Source of the DNA: a virus
Strand: one strand, 5' to 3'
DNA: 42,748 bases
IMG/VR virus record: IMGVR_UViG_3300013383_000009
Location: 1 to 42,748 of that record
Both the position numbers and the translations under genes were made by a program. Below the pieces are notes generated by a model. That model saw only the letters and a program-made list of their open reading frames with translations. It made no database searches and was not told where the DNA came from. Below are positions 6,024-13,914 of the stretch, in pieces. How positions within the stretch are numbered: the stretch's first letter is position 1; each line of letters begins with the position of its first letter.

Positions 6024-6242
6024 CTATTTCAGGAATTGCATAAAGTCCTTTGCTTGTTTCTGCAAATCAGCAAACTGCTCTTTGCTCATTTGCCCAGAAG
6101 TTAGTAACCGCTCGATTTCCTGCTGTGCTTTTTGCGGGGTCATGCCGGCAGCAAATTTTCGGAACTCTGCCACCATCGCAAGGGGGTTATTCGGCTTTCG
6201 ACTTCCGTTTCCCATCAGCATTTGCATCATTGGATTTGCCAT
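6024..6242 (-). CDS. Hypothetical small protein
   Basis: ATG 9 nt after GGAGGA. 72 aa. Overlaps the tail of the upstream ORF by 56 nt. Confidence 0.6.
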   Translation of the reverse strand: MANPMMQMLMGNGSRKPNNPLAMVAEFRKFAAGMTPQKAQQEIERLLTSGQMSKEQFADLQKQAKDFMQFLK

Positions 6243-6579
6243 TGATTGTGTCCTCCAATCTCTTTACGCGCTCTTCCAGACTGCTTACATCCACAAGCGG
6301 GGTATCCTGATACGGAGAAACCGTGTAGGGCGTTACCGTTGCATACCCCGCGCCGTCCGTCTGTTTCATCCACACGATAGGGTCATTCTCGTCCATCAGC
6401 AGAATGGAGCTGTTTGGGGCCATTCGGAAAGCCTCTGCGCCGTTTCTCCCGTTTACCCTTGTAATTTGGCACACAAACGCTTGCGGGGCTCCTGCGGCGT
6501 TCTGAGGGGCATAATTGCCGTATTGGCCGTTATATCCCATTGGCTGATATGGATTCTGATAGTAAGGATTAAGTGCCAT
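6187..6579 (-). CDS. Hypothetical protein with Tyr/Gln/Asn/Pro-rich N-terminus
   Basis: ATG (MALNPYYQNPYQPMGYNGQYGNYAPQN...) overlaps the upstream stop. 130 aa. Confidence 0.7.
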   Translation of the reverse strand: MALNPYYQNPYQPMGYNGQYGNYAPQNAAGAPQAFVCQITRVNGRNGAEAFRMAPNSSILLMDENDPIVWMKQTDGAGYATVTPYTVSPYQDTPLVDVSSLEERVKRLEDTINGKSNDANADGKRKSKAE

Positions 6580-6716
6580 CAAAATACCGTCCTTTCTTCA
6601 CGGAACAATTCGGCAAAATATACATATATCCGCAATTCTTCCGGGTCTGGGAACAATGTCAAAATATCCCTTGCCATTTGCTCCGTGTAACCGCAAGCTA
6701 TAAGCCGTTCGTACAT
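6579..6716 (-). CDS. Small hypothetical protein (45 aa, below the track cutoff)
   Basis: ATG at 6716 after GAAGGTGG. Translation: MYERLIACGYTEQMARDILTLFPDPEELRIYVYFAELFREERTVF. The stop overlaps the next start (TGATG). Confidence 0.5.
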   Translation of the reverse strand: MYERLIACGYTEQMARDILTLFPDPEELRIYVYFAELFREERTVF

Positions 6717-6744
6717 TTTGCCACCTTCTTTCTGCTTTTATGAT

Positions 6745-6774
6745 ACAAAAAAACAGGCACCCGAAAGTGCCTGA
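6745..6774 (-). terminator. Rho-independent terminator (second of a tandem pair)
   Basis: Minus-sense caggcac tttcgg gtgcctg followed by TTTTTTT. Confidence 0.75.
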
Positions 6775-6781
6775 AAAGTGT

Positions 6782-6822
6782 CAAAAAAAGCAAAAATCCC
6801 CCCGCCGTTTAAGGCAGGGGGA
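6782..6822 (-). terminator. Rho-independent terminator overlapping the stop codon of 6809..7060
   Basis: Minus-sense ccccctgcc ttaaac ggcgggggg, followed by atttttgcttttttt. Confidence 0.65.
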
Positions 6823-7060
6823 TAAATAGTTCCTGTGCAATTTTATGATACGCTCTGCATCTGTGCCGCTTTACGGTTTCAACGGACATATTCCGCTCCA
6901 TAGATACCTGTACGCAACTTTTGCGGCGCACATCGCATTCTATGACCACCATCGCTTCATTGTCAGGAAGCAAAAAAGAATCAACAAAAGCAACGGCTCG
7001 TTTCGGCGGCAGATTTGACAAAAAATCCCTTACGGCCTTGTGGTTGCTGTTCATACGCAA
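6809..7060 (-). CDS. Small sigma70 region-4-like HTH regulator
   Basis: 83 aa. CVQVSMERNMSVETVKRHRCRAYHKI resembles a sigma region 4 / LuxR-type HTH. Confidence 0.65.
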   Translation of the reverse strand: MRMNSNHKAVRDFLSNLPPKRAVAFVDSFLLPDNEAMVVIECDVRRKSCVQVSMERNMSVETVKRHRCRAYHKIAQELFIPLP

Positions 7061-7144
7061 AACAAATAGCCGTGGAGGTGCGGATGCTTATGCACGGGCG
7101 CGAGGCCGGCGTAGCGATGTCCTCTGCGCTCTCCAGGTGTTAAT

Positions 7145-7801
7145 TTACCCCTCCCGGATATACCCGTCAAAGCCAGCGGCCTTGAGCTTGGCCAGCATCT
7201 TCTCGGCGTTGGCGCGGCTGGCGAATGCACCCACCTGGACGCGATAGAGCTTGTCGGCTGCGGGCTTGGGCTGCTCCGGGGCCTTGAAGGTCACGCCGAA
7301 GTAGTCGCAGATGCCCCGGGCGATGGCTTCGCCGATGTCGGCGGTGTGCTCCACGATCCACTTGGCCGTGGCGGCGTTGTCGTGGAACTCGCACTCGATA
7401 TACGCCGTGGGGGCACTGGGCACCCGCACCTCGTACAGGGAGGCATCCACCCGGATATTCTCGCTGGTGCCGGGGGTGATGGGGGCTAGCCGGGCAAAGA
7501 TGGCCTTGCAGGCCTTCATGCCCTGGCCGCTGCTGTTAAAGCAGAACATGCGGGTGCCGGTGACCTGGCCGTTAAAGGCGTTGGTGTGGATGGGCACATG
7601 GAGCTCTGCGCCAAAGGCGTTGGACTCCTTGCACTTATCCTGCATGGAGGGCATATGCCCCACCTTCACGGTCACGCCGCTGCGCTCCAGGGCGATGCGG
7701 CAGGCGTCGGCGATTTTGCCGCACTGGACAGCCTCGGTGGTGCCTCCGTAGGCATAGCGGTTGTCGGTCTGATTGCTGGGGGACAGATACACTTTAGCCA
7801 T
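7145..7801 (-). CDS. Endolysin: N-acetylmuramoyl-L-alanine amidase (Amidase_3-like) with C-terminal SPOR domain
   Basis: KVYLSPSNQ...HVPIHTNA...YIECEFHDN is an amidase-type pattern. C-terminal LYRVQVGAFASRANAEKMLAKLKAAGFDGYI is SPOR-like. ATG at 7801 is 9 nt after AGGAGG; the alternative ATG at 7807 is only 3 nt after it. Confidence 0.9.
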   Translation of the reverse strand: MAKVYLSPSNQTDNRYAYGGTTEAVQCGKIADACRIALERSGVTVKVGHMPSMQDKCKESNAFGAELHVPIHTNAFNGQVTGTRMFCFNSSGQGMKACKAIFARLAPITPGTSENIRVDASLYEVRVPSAPTAYIECEFHDNAATAKWIVEHTADIGEAIARGICDYFGVTFKAPEQPKPAADKLYRVQVGAFASRANAEKMLAKLKAAGFDGYIREG

Positions 7802-8009
7802 TTTCATTTTCCTCCTTATGATAGGTTGCCGTGGAGATGCACAGCACCGCGCCCAGGAACGTGTCCACGGCGGTGATGGTGGTGACGATCTCCTGGGAGT
7901 ACGGCCAGGCCCACACGGCGGACAGGGCCGCATACAGCGTGGCGATGGCCGGCAGGACGATGATGACCACCCACTTGAGAATGTCATACAGCTTGTCGGG
8001 AATCTTCAT
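7794..8009 (-). CDS. Holin (phi LC3 / Phage_holin_1-like)
   Basis: ATG after AAAGGAG. Translation begins MKIPDKLYDILKWVVIIVLPAIATLYAALSAVWAWPYSQEIVTTITAVDTFLGAVL. Lies immediately upstream of the amidase. Confidence 0.85.
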   Translation of the reverse strand: MKIPDKLYDILKWVVIIVLPAIATLYAALSAVWAWPYSQEIVTTITAVDTFLGAVLCISTATYHKEENENG

Positions 8010-8049
8010 GATTTGCTCCTTTCTGTGCCCGAAGCGGGCACCACAAAAA

Positions 8050-8301
8050 TTAATGCTTGTTTTCCAGGTCCTCGATGCGGTGGTTGGCGACCTTAATCTG
8101 CTCCTCCAGCACCGGGACGCGCCGGGCAAAATTGTTGTGTTCCCGGACCTCCCGGGTCAGCTCCTCCAGCTTGGTGTCCGTGACGGCCTGCTGCTTGTCC
8201 AGCTTGGCCTCCACGTCCTTGGTGGTTTGTCGGCTGGTGATAAGTACCCCCAGCAGCGACAGGCCGCCGGTGATCAGCGCCACGATGATTGCTTCTGTCA
8301 T
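8050..8301 (-). CDS. Membrane-anchored coiled-coil protein (XhlA-like lysis accessory)
   Basis: ATG at 8301, 7 nt after GGAGGG. N-terminal TM AIIVALITGGLSLLGVLI followed by a coiled coil. Sits upstream of the holin. Confidence 0.7.
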   Translation of the reverse strand: MTEAIIVALITGGLSLLGVLITSRQTTKDVEAKLDKQQAVTDTKLEELTREVREHNNFARRVPVLEEQIKVANHRIEDLENKH

Positions 8302-8315
8302 TTGTTTGCCCTCCA

Positions 8316-10151
8316 TTAAGCGATCTCTTCGTTCTTGGTTACCACGACACCATCGCCGGTGCCCTGGGCGGAAAAAATGATATAGCCAATATTGGCATAG
8401 TTGGCATAGCTGGCATCCAGCACGATCTTGTAGTATTTGTCCCCCAGCTTTGTCACAGTCGCCATACCGGACAGCGCCGTGTACTGCTTGCAGAAATGAC
8501 ACCCGCCAGTCATGCCGGAAAAAGCACCCAGCCGCTCATGGCCGCTGCCCTCCAGCGTTGCCCCCTTGACATAGATGACATCGGACGGCTGCACCGCGAT
8601 AGCGCCGGTACACCAGCAGGCCTCATCCGTGCCATAGTAGGGCTTGGCGGAGGATGCATAAGCGCCGTTGCGATAGCCCTTGCCGTCCCACACGCCGCTC
8701 TTGGTGTTGGGGTCTACGGCTGCCGGCAGCACGTTGGTATAGGACGGCACATACACCGCTGCCGTGATGATGATCTCAATATTGCCACTAACATCCGGGA
8801 TGCTGATAACACCGTCTGCGTAGTACAGCGCCGTCACATCCGTGCCGCCCATCTTGATCTGCACCGCTGCGCCGTCCATCACATATCCGCTGTTTGCAGT
8901 GATGGTCGCATAGTAAGCGTCGCCCTCGGTTACTGTAGTTGCCGCATTGCTGCTGGTGCAGCCGGTAAGGGTGTTGGTTACGGTGTACTCCTGCGGCGGC
9001 ACGATGACTTCCCCAGCGTCTCCGGAGATCATGGCTGCACGGAACGCTTTGATTTCCGCCGCAGTAATGCCGCTGGCGACCGCCCATGCCACAACTCGCT
9101 CATTATCATTCTCGCCGGTGTAGGTGTCCCGGAAATACTTAATGAGCGGATACCACCCGTTGCCGTTGGTGACGTTGTAGTTGCTGTTTCTAAAGCGCCT
9201 GCCGTCTACCTCATCGGAAAAGGCCGTCAGCTCGTAGTCCTTGTCCTTGTCGCTCTGAGACACGCCCAACAGCGACAGCAGCAGATACGCGATGGTTCCG
9301 GTGCGGTCTGCGCCGCTCATGCAGTGGAAGTAGCAGGGCTTGTTCGCCGCCACGCAGGCCATCACCTTTTTCAGCACCGCCACCGTCCGGGCGGAGGCCG
9401 CGCTGGTGCTGACGGCGTTGGCGTAGTAGTCAAGCGACTGATGAAAATACTCCACATCTGCGCCAAGCGGCGAGGTGGTAATGCTACCAGTCTCACTGTT
9501 GTTGCGGAGGTCAATGTCTGCCGCAATTCCGAGCCAATCCACAATGGTTGCCTTGTCGGCATTGGTGATGCTGCCAAAGTGACCGCCTCTAAATATTTTC
9601 CCGTACTTCACACGGCCACCGGTACAGGCCCAGCCGCCCAGGTCCCGGACATTCCACACGCTGGGCGTATAGATCATACGCACACCACCCTCGGGCACGA
9701 TCTTGTAGGTCTTGCCGCCGAACGCGAATGTACCGGCCTTCAGCGGCTCCAGGTTGTATAGGACCCCTTCGCCGGAAAGCGTCTCGCTCCTGGTTTTGCC
9801 GCCCTGTGCAATGGCGAGTGCGGTGTTGGCCGGAACTTTGACCTTCAGCCCGTCCGGCTCCTCCTTGCTGTAGGCCGTTGTCGCCGAATAATACGGGGTG
9901 ACCTTCGTGACGGAGTAATCGCCTGCGTTTTCGGTGTAATCCACATCGGCCAGGAATCCCGCCGCTGATGGATTCATCTGCCGGTACTGGGTAGTGTTCT
10001 CCAGGGCCTCATCCACGATGGGACTGTCGTAAATGGCCGTAATGGCCGCCGCCATATCCCCGATTTTGTAGGTATCCGTCCCGCCGGTCTTGGCCCGGAT
10101 GGCGCTGGCAATAGCCTGCACGGAGGATTCTTCATACAGCCTTTTTGCCAT
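8316..10151 (-). CDS. Tail fibre / receptor-binding protein with an internal PTP-type (Y_phosphatase3-like) domain
   Basis: 611 aa, last gene of the tail module. WNVRDLGG...FRGG...DIDLR... and FHCMSGADRTG (HCX5R[S/T]; Cys codon at 9321-9323). The C-terminal ~250 aa are beta-rich. Confidence 0.85.
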   Translation of the reverse strand: MAKRLYEESSVQAIASAIRAKTGGTDTYKIGDMAAAITAIYDSPIVDEALENTTQYRQMNPSAAGFLADVDYTENAGDYSVTKVTPYYSATTAYSKEEPDGLKVKVPANTALAIAQGGKTRSETLSGEGVLYNLEPLKAGTFAFGGKTYKIVPEGGVRMIYTPSVWNVRDLGGWACTGGRVKYGKIFRGGHFGSITNADKATIVDWLGIAADIDLRNNSETGSITTSPLGADVEYFHQSLDYYANAVSTSAASARTVAVLKKVMACVAANKPCYFHCMSGADRTGTIAYLLLSLLGVSQSDKDKDYELTAFSDEVDGRRFRNSNYNVTNGNGWYPLIKYFRDTYTGENDNERVVAWAVASGITAAEIKAFRAAMISGDAGEVIVPPQEYTVTNTLTGCTSSNAATTVTEGDAYYATITANSGYVMDGAAVQIKMGGTDVTALYYADGVISIPDVSGNIEIIITAAVYVPSYTNVLPAAVDPNTKSGVWDGKGYRNGAYASSAKPYYGTDEACWCTGAIAVQPSDVIYVKGATLEGSGHERLGAFSGMTGGCHFCKQYTALSGMATVTKLGDKYYKIVLDASYANYANIGYIIFSAQGTGDGVVVTKNEEIA

Positions 10152-11527
10152 CAGTAGCTCACCTCCGTACCGTCCGCGATCTCCACGGTTTGGGCGCTGC
10201 TGCCGTCATAGGTAACGGTGGTACTGCCGATCTTGATGGTCAGCGCGTTGGGATTCTTCAGCGCCGTGGGCACGCTGGGAATGTTCACAGTCTTTGCCGC
10301 GCTCCCGTCATAAGAGCCGGATGCAGCGCCGGCGAAGGTAAGAGCGTTGGGGTTCTTCAAGGCTTCCGGCACAGTCGGGATTTGTGCAATGATCCGCTGC
10401 GCCGCCGCCTGGAATGCATCATACTGCACCAGGTCTGTCGCATGGTCCGGCTTGGTCAGCTTTTCCGGCGTTACGATACCCGTAATGGCATCCAGCACGC
10501 TCTTGTTGCTGAACGATGGGACATCCTCCGGCTTTACCGGCGCGTACCCCAGCGCGGCGGCGATGTTTGCCGCCGTCACATTCGCATCGGAGCCGGGTTC
10601 ACCCTGCGGGCCTTGCGCTCCGGGGTCACCCTTCTCGCCCGGATCACCCTTTTCTCCGGGGTCGCCCTTGGGCCCTTGCGCTCCGGCAGAGCCGGGCTCA
10701 CCCTTGTCACCTTTTTCTCCCTTCAGCGCCGCTAACTGCTCCGCCGTAAAGTCAGCGTAGGTAAACGCCGCGCCCTTTTCGCCGGGCTCACCCTGTGGGC
10801 CAGTCTCGCCCTGCGGACCGGCAGGGCCTTGTACCCCGGTAGGCCCAGGGTCGCCCTTGTCACCCTTTTCTCCTTTTTCACCGGGATTGCCCTTGTCGCC
10901 CGGGTCGCCCTTGTCGCCCGGATCACCTTTATCACCTTTTTCACCAGGTTCTCCCTGCGGTCCGGTTGCCCCTTGAGCGCCCGGTGTGCCCGGGTTTCCT
11001 TGCGGCCCCTGGGGGCCGGGATCGCCCTTGTCACCTTTTTCTCCCTTCAGCGATTCCTTTTGCTCGGCGGTTAGGTCCTCAAATGTCATGGTGCCGTCCG
11101 CGCCCTTAGGCCCCGCCGGTCCGGGGTCGCCTTTGTCGCCCTTGGGGCCCTTGATCTTGTCGGCCTTCAGCATTTCCGTAAGCTGGGCATACACATTTTC
11201 GGGGGGGGGCACGGGTGTGCCTCCCTTAGTGTAGATAGACGACTGAGCCGTCCACACCGCAGATGTGGTGGAGTGCATGTCCCCGGCGTAGATGCCCACC
11301 AGGATAGCCCCGGGGACGGTGATGATGGGCATCGCCACCGTGTCGCCGGTAAATACCACATCGTGGGTAGGCCCGTCAAAGCAGACCACGCGCATGGTCT
11401 TCACCGCGTACTCGGCCCATTCCTCGTCCAAGTCCCAGCGCACCACATAATCGCTGTTGCCGCAGACAATCGCCTCATGCTCGTATATGGGGTGTTTGTT
11501 CCGTATTTTAATCGTCAGTTCCGGCAT
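10151..11527 (-). CDS. Collagen-like (G-X-Y repeat) tail fibre protein
   Basis: Long runs of [19 protein letters not shown] and similar between about aa 130 and 310. Confidence 0.9.
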   Translation of the reverse strand: MPELTIKIRNKHPIYEHEAIVCGNSDYVVRWDLDEEWAEYAVKTMRVVCFDGPTHDVVFTGDTVAMPIITVPGAILVGIYAGDMHSTTSAVWTAQSSIYTKGGTPVPPPENVYAQLTEMLKADKIKGPKGDKGDPGPAGPKGADGTMTFEDLTAEQKESLKGEKGDKGDPGPQGPQGNPGTPGAQGATGPQGEPGEKGDKGDPGDKGDPGDKGNPGEKGEKGDKGDPGPTGVQGPAGPQGETGPQGEPGEKGAAFTYADFTAEQLAALKGEKGDKGEPGSAGAQGPKGDPGEKGDPGEKGDPGAQGPQGEPGSDANVTAANIAAALGYAPVKPEDVPSFSNKSVLDAITGIVTPEKLTKPDHATDLVQYDAFQAAAQRIIAQIPTVPEALKNPNALTFAGAASGSYDGSAAKTVNIPSVPTALKNPNALTIKIGSTTVTYDGSSAQTVEIADGTEVSY

Positions 11528-11624
11528 GGTTTCCCTCCTCCTTTACTGCCGCCAGCAGCGCGGCAAACATAAACCCCACACAAGATGCTGCTGGGATAAT
11601 CAGTAGTAACCACAGGGGATTCAT
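11508..11624 (-). CDS. Small hydrophobic protein (38 aa, below the track cutoff)
   Basis: ATG at 11624 after GAGGAGGTG. Translation: [38 protein letters not shown]. Overlaps the next start. Confidence 0.5.
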   Translation of the reverse strand: MNPLWLLLIIPAASCVGFMFAALLAAVKEEGNHAGTDD

Positions 11625-11637
11625 ACAGCACACCTCC

Positions 11638-13902
11638 TCAGCTTGCGATCCATATCCCTGCAATGTAGATGCCGTACCCTGCGGGTATATCCTCCTTGGG
11701 CCGGATCTGTATGGTGCCGGTCGTACTCAGTCGCACGTCCATATTCTTTAGGCTATATACACTCAAGGCGTAGGTCGATGTTGGGATGTGATCGCCGATG
11801 CTGGCCACGTCATAGGTCGTTCCCGCCGGCATCGCCGCGTTCGTCTCGCCATATACGCGCAGGATGCCAAGGCCAAGCGCAGAAATATGCCGCGCCGTGC
11901 CGCTGAAATTCTTCAGATACGACCCGGACGCGCCAATTGTAATGTTGGCTGGGGTAAAGCCCAGCAACGTTAGTTTCCCAGACACGTCATCATAGCTGGC
12001 TATTGATTTATCGTTTTTTGCGTCATACACACCCAGCGCCGTAGTAGATGATCCTACGCCGCCGTAAATGCGCACATTATGCACATTTGCAGCCACGTTT
12101 GTGGTTTTAAAATGTATGTTAGAGCCGTTGTCCGTAGTCGCATTGCCACCCATAAAAAGGTGTTGATTTGCGTGCAGTTCTCCATCGATATAGGTATTGA
12201 GCCCAATTTGCAAGGCTCTACTTTTGTCACAAAGACGCCCGATTCCAACGGATAGCATGGATTTTGCCCAGTGGAGCAACACAAACGATGCGGAAATGTC
12301 CCGCATGCTGGAATTGCTGGTGCTGAAAGCATCCGTTGCCACCACGCGTACCGTGTAGCGCTTATTGGTATCTGCGGGGAAAATGGTGGTGATGTTTTTG
12401 GGGGCATACTTATCGGCGGTCGGTATCGTCGGCGTTACCTCCGTCCACAACCCCGTGCCGCCATATTCGCGGTACTGCACCTTGTAAGCCGCCGTATTAT
12501 TATCTGATAGCGCAGTGATGGCGGCGGTAAAGGTGACCTTGCCGTACTCTCCCGTGCGGCTCGCTGTGCCGTCTTGCTTGCAGCGGGTGGCGGAGATGGA
12601 TGAGATGGTGGGGACACTGTACGGCGCTACATCATAGCTCGCCGACCATGTACCCGTGCGCCCTCGGCTGTCCGTTACGATACAGGTGACGTATACCTTG
12701 CCATTGTAAGGCAATATCCCCGTCGTGCCGGTCTGCGCGTCGGCAGAATACAGTGTGCTGGAGCCTGCCGACCAGCCCACTTTAATCCTGTATGATTTGA
12801 TGGCGCTGCCTTGTATACCTGTCCCGGTGATTTTAACTTCGATCTTGCTGCGCAGCTGCACAAAGTACCCGCCATAGTTGGTTTTGACCTTTGTGGGGTC
12901 GCTCACGGCCACTGTCAGCGATGGCACCTCGCTTGCCGGGATCGCCAGCGTTACCGTACACTCCGACCGGCCCACATAGGCGGTGCCGTTGTAAGTCTCG
13001 CAGATGATCGTTGCCGCCAGCTTTGTGCTGTTGGGCGCGTTGGTAGCCAGACTAACAGGCGGCGTCCAAGAGTAAGTTCCCGCTGTGCCATCATATTCCG
13101 TGAGCCGCACGGCGCTTTTGCTGCCGACCTTGTAATATAGCTTTTTTGTGAGGCCCACATTGTTTTGGGTGGTCTTGATAGCAAGGGCTGTTCCGAGGGT
13201 GCCTGTGCTGGGTGCCGACACCGATGCGGCCGGAACCGACAGCGTAACTGTGCATTCCGACCGGCCTACATAGGTATCGCCGTTGTAGGTATTAGTAATG
13301 ATCTTTACCGTCAGCGTTTTGCTGTTGGGTGCCTTACTGGCCAGGCTAACAGGCGGTGTCCAGGAATAAGACGTACCGGCGCTCGCCGTTATCGTTACCG
13401 CTTCGTTGTTCCCGATTTTGTAATATAGCTTATCAATAAAGCTTGTGCTCTTGCGGTCAATCTTGATAGCAAGAGCTGTGCCGAGAGTACCAGTGCCGGG
13501 TGCTGATACGGTAGACGCCCGGGGAATGGTGGGCAGGGTGAAGCTCTTGGCTGCGGCGGTGTAGTCGCCGTTGCCGAACAGCCATCCGGTAAACGCCGCC
13601 ACGGTGAAGCTTTTGGTGCCGTCTGGGTTGTGGCTCAACTCCAGCGTGCCCGAAGCAAAGGTGCGATCCTTGTAGTCCGTAATGTTGGAGTAGGTGCCGC
13701 CGTCGTACACCTTTACCCCGGCGATGGTCACCGCCGACATTTTGATGGCCTTGTCATAATACTGCTCTCCCGGGGTCAGGCCGCAGGACCAGGCGATGGT
13801 GGTCTTGTTGCCGGAGATGCTTTGGCTGCCGGAGATGGCCCATTTCACCCAAAAGTATGAGCCGTATTTTGTGTTTGTTGTAATTGCGCCGCTGGTGGCC
13901 AT
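11638..13902 (-). CDS. Minor structural / tail-tip protein (DUF859-like N-terminus) with an internal ~97-aa tandem duplication
   Basis: ATG 6 nt after AAGGAGG. N-terminal SGAITTNTKYGSYFWVKWAISGSQSISGNKTTIAW. Repeats VSAPGTGTLGTALAIK...GRSECTVTL occur twice. Confidence 0.85.
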   Translation of the reverse strand: MATSGAITTNTKYGSYFWVKWAISGSQSISGNKTTIAWSCGLTPGEQYYDKAIKMSAVTIAGVKVYDGGTYSNITDYKDRTFASGTLELSHNPDGTKSFTVAAFTGWLFGNGDYTAAAKSFTLPTIPRASTVSAPGTGTLGTALAIKIDRKSTSFIDKLYYKIGNNEAVTITASAGTSYSWTPPVSLASKAPNSKTLTVKIITNTYNGDTYVGRSECTVTLSVPAASVSAPSTGTLGTALAIKTTQNNVGLTKKLYYKVGSKSAVRLTEYDGTAGTYSWTPPVSLATNAPNSTKLAATIICETYNGTAYVGRSECTVTLAIPASEVPSLTVAVSDPTKVKTNYGGYFVQLRSKIEVKITGTGIQGSAIKSYRIKVGWSAGSSTLYSADAQTGTTGILPYNGKVYVTCIVTDSRGRTGTWSASYDVAPYSVPTISSISATRCKQDGTASRTGEYGKVTFTAAITALSDNNTAAYKVQYREYGGTGLWTEVTPTIPTADKYAPKNITTIFPADTNKRYTVRVVATDAFSTSNSSMRDISASFVLLHWAKSMLSVGIGRLCDKSRALQIGLNTYIDGELHANQHLFMGGNATTDNGSNIHFKTTNVAANVHNVRIYGGVGSSTTALGVYDAKNDKSIASYDDVSGKLTLLGFTPANITIGASGSYLKNFSGTARHISALGLGILRVYGETNAAMPAGTTYDVASIGDHIPTSTYALSVYSLKNMDVRLSTTGTIQIRPKEDIPAGYGIYIAGIWIAS

Positions 13903-13914
13903 AATCACCCTCCT

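Noticed and set aside
8024-8040. Hairpin gtgcccg-aag-cgggcac between the XhlA-like and holin genes as a terminator.
   Set aside because: No U-tract follows on either strand. It is probably just an mRNA structure.
8289-9761. 490-aa plus-strand ORF. Similar long plus ORFs occur at 21575..22834, 37035..38087, 16084..16980, 22539..23324, 27750..28556 and 5359..6003.
   Set aside because: All lie antisense to minus-strand genes that carry clear family motifs. Their translations are low-complexity Arg/Gly/Ala/His-rich strings, typical of shadow frames in GC-rich DNA. None has an RBS or fits the operon structure.
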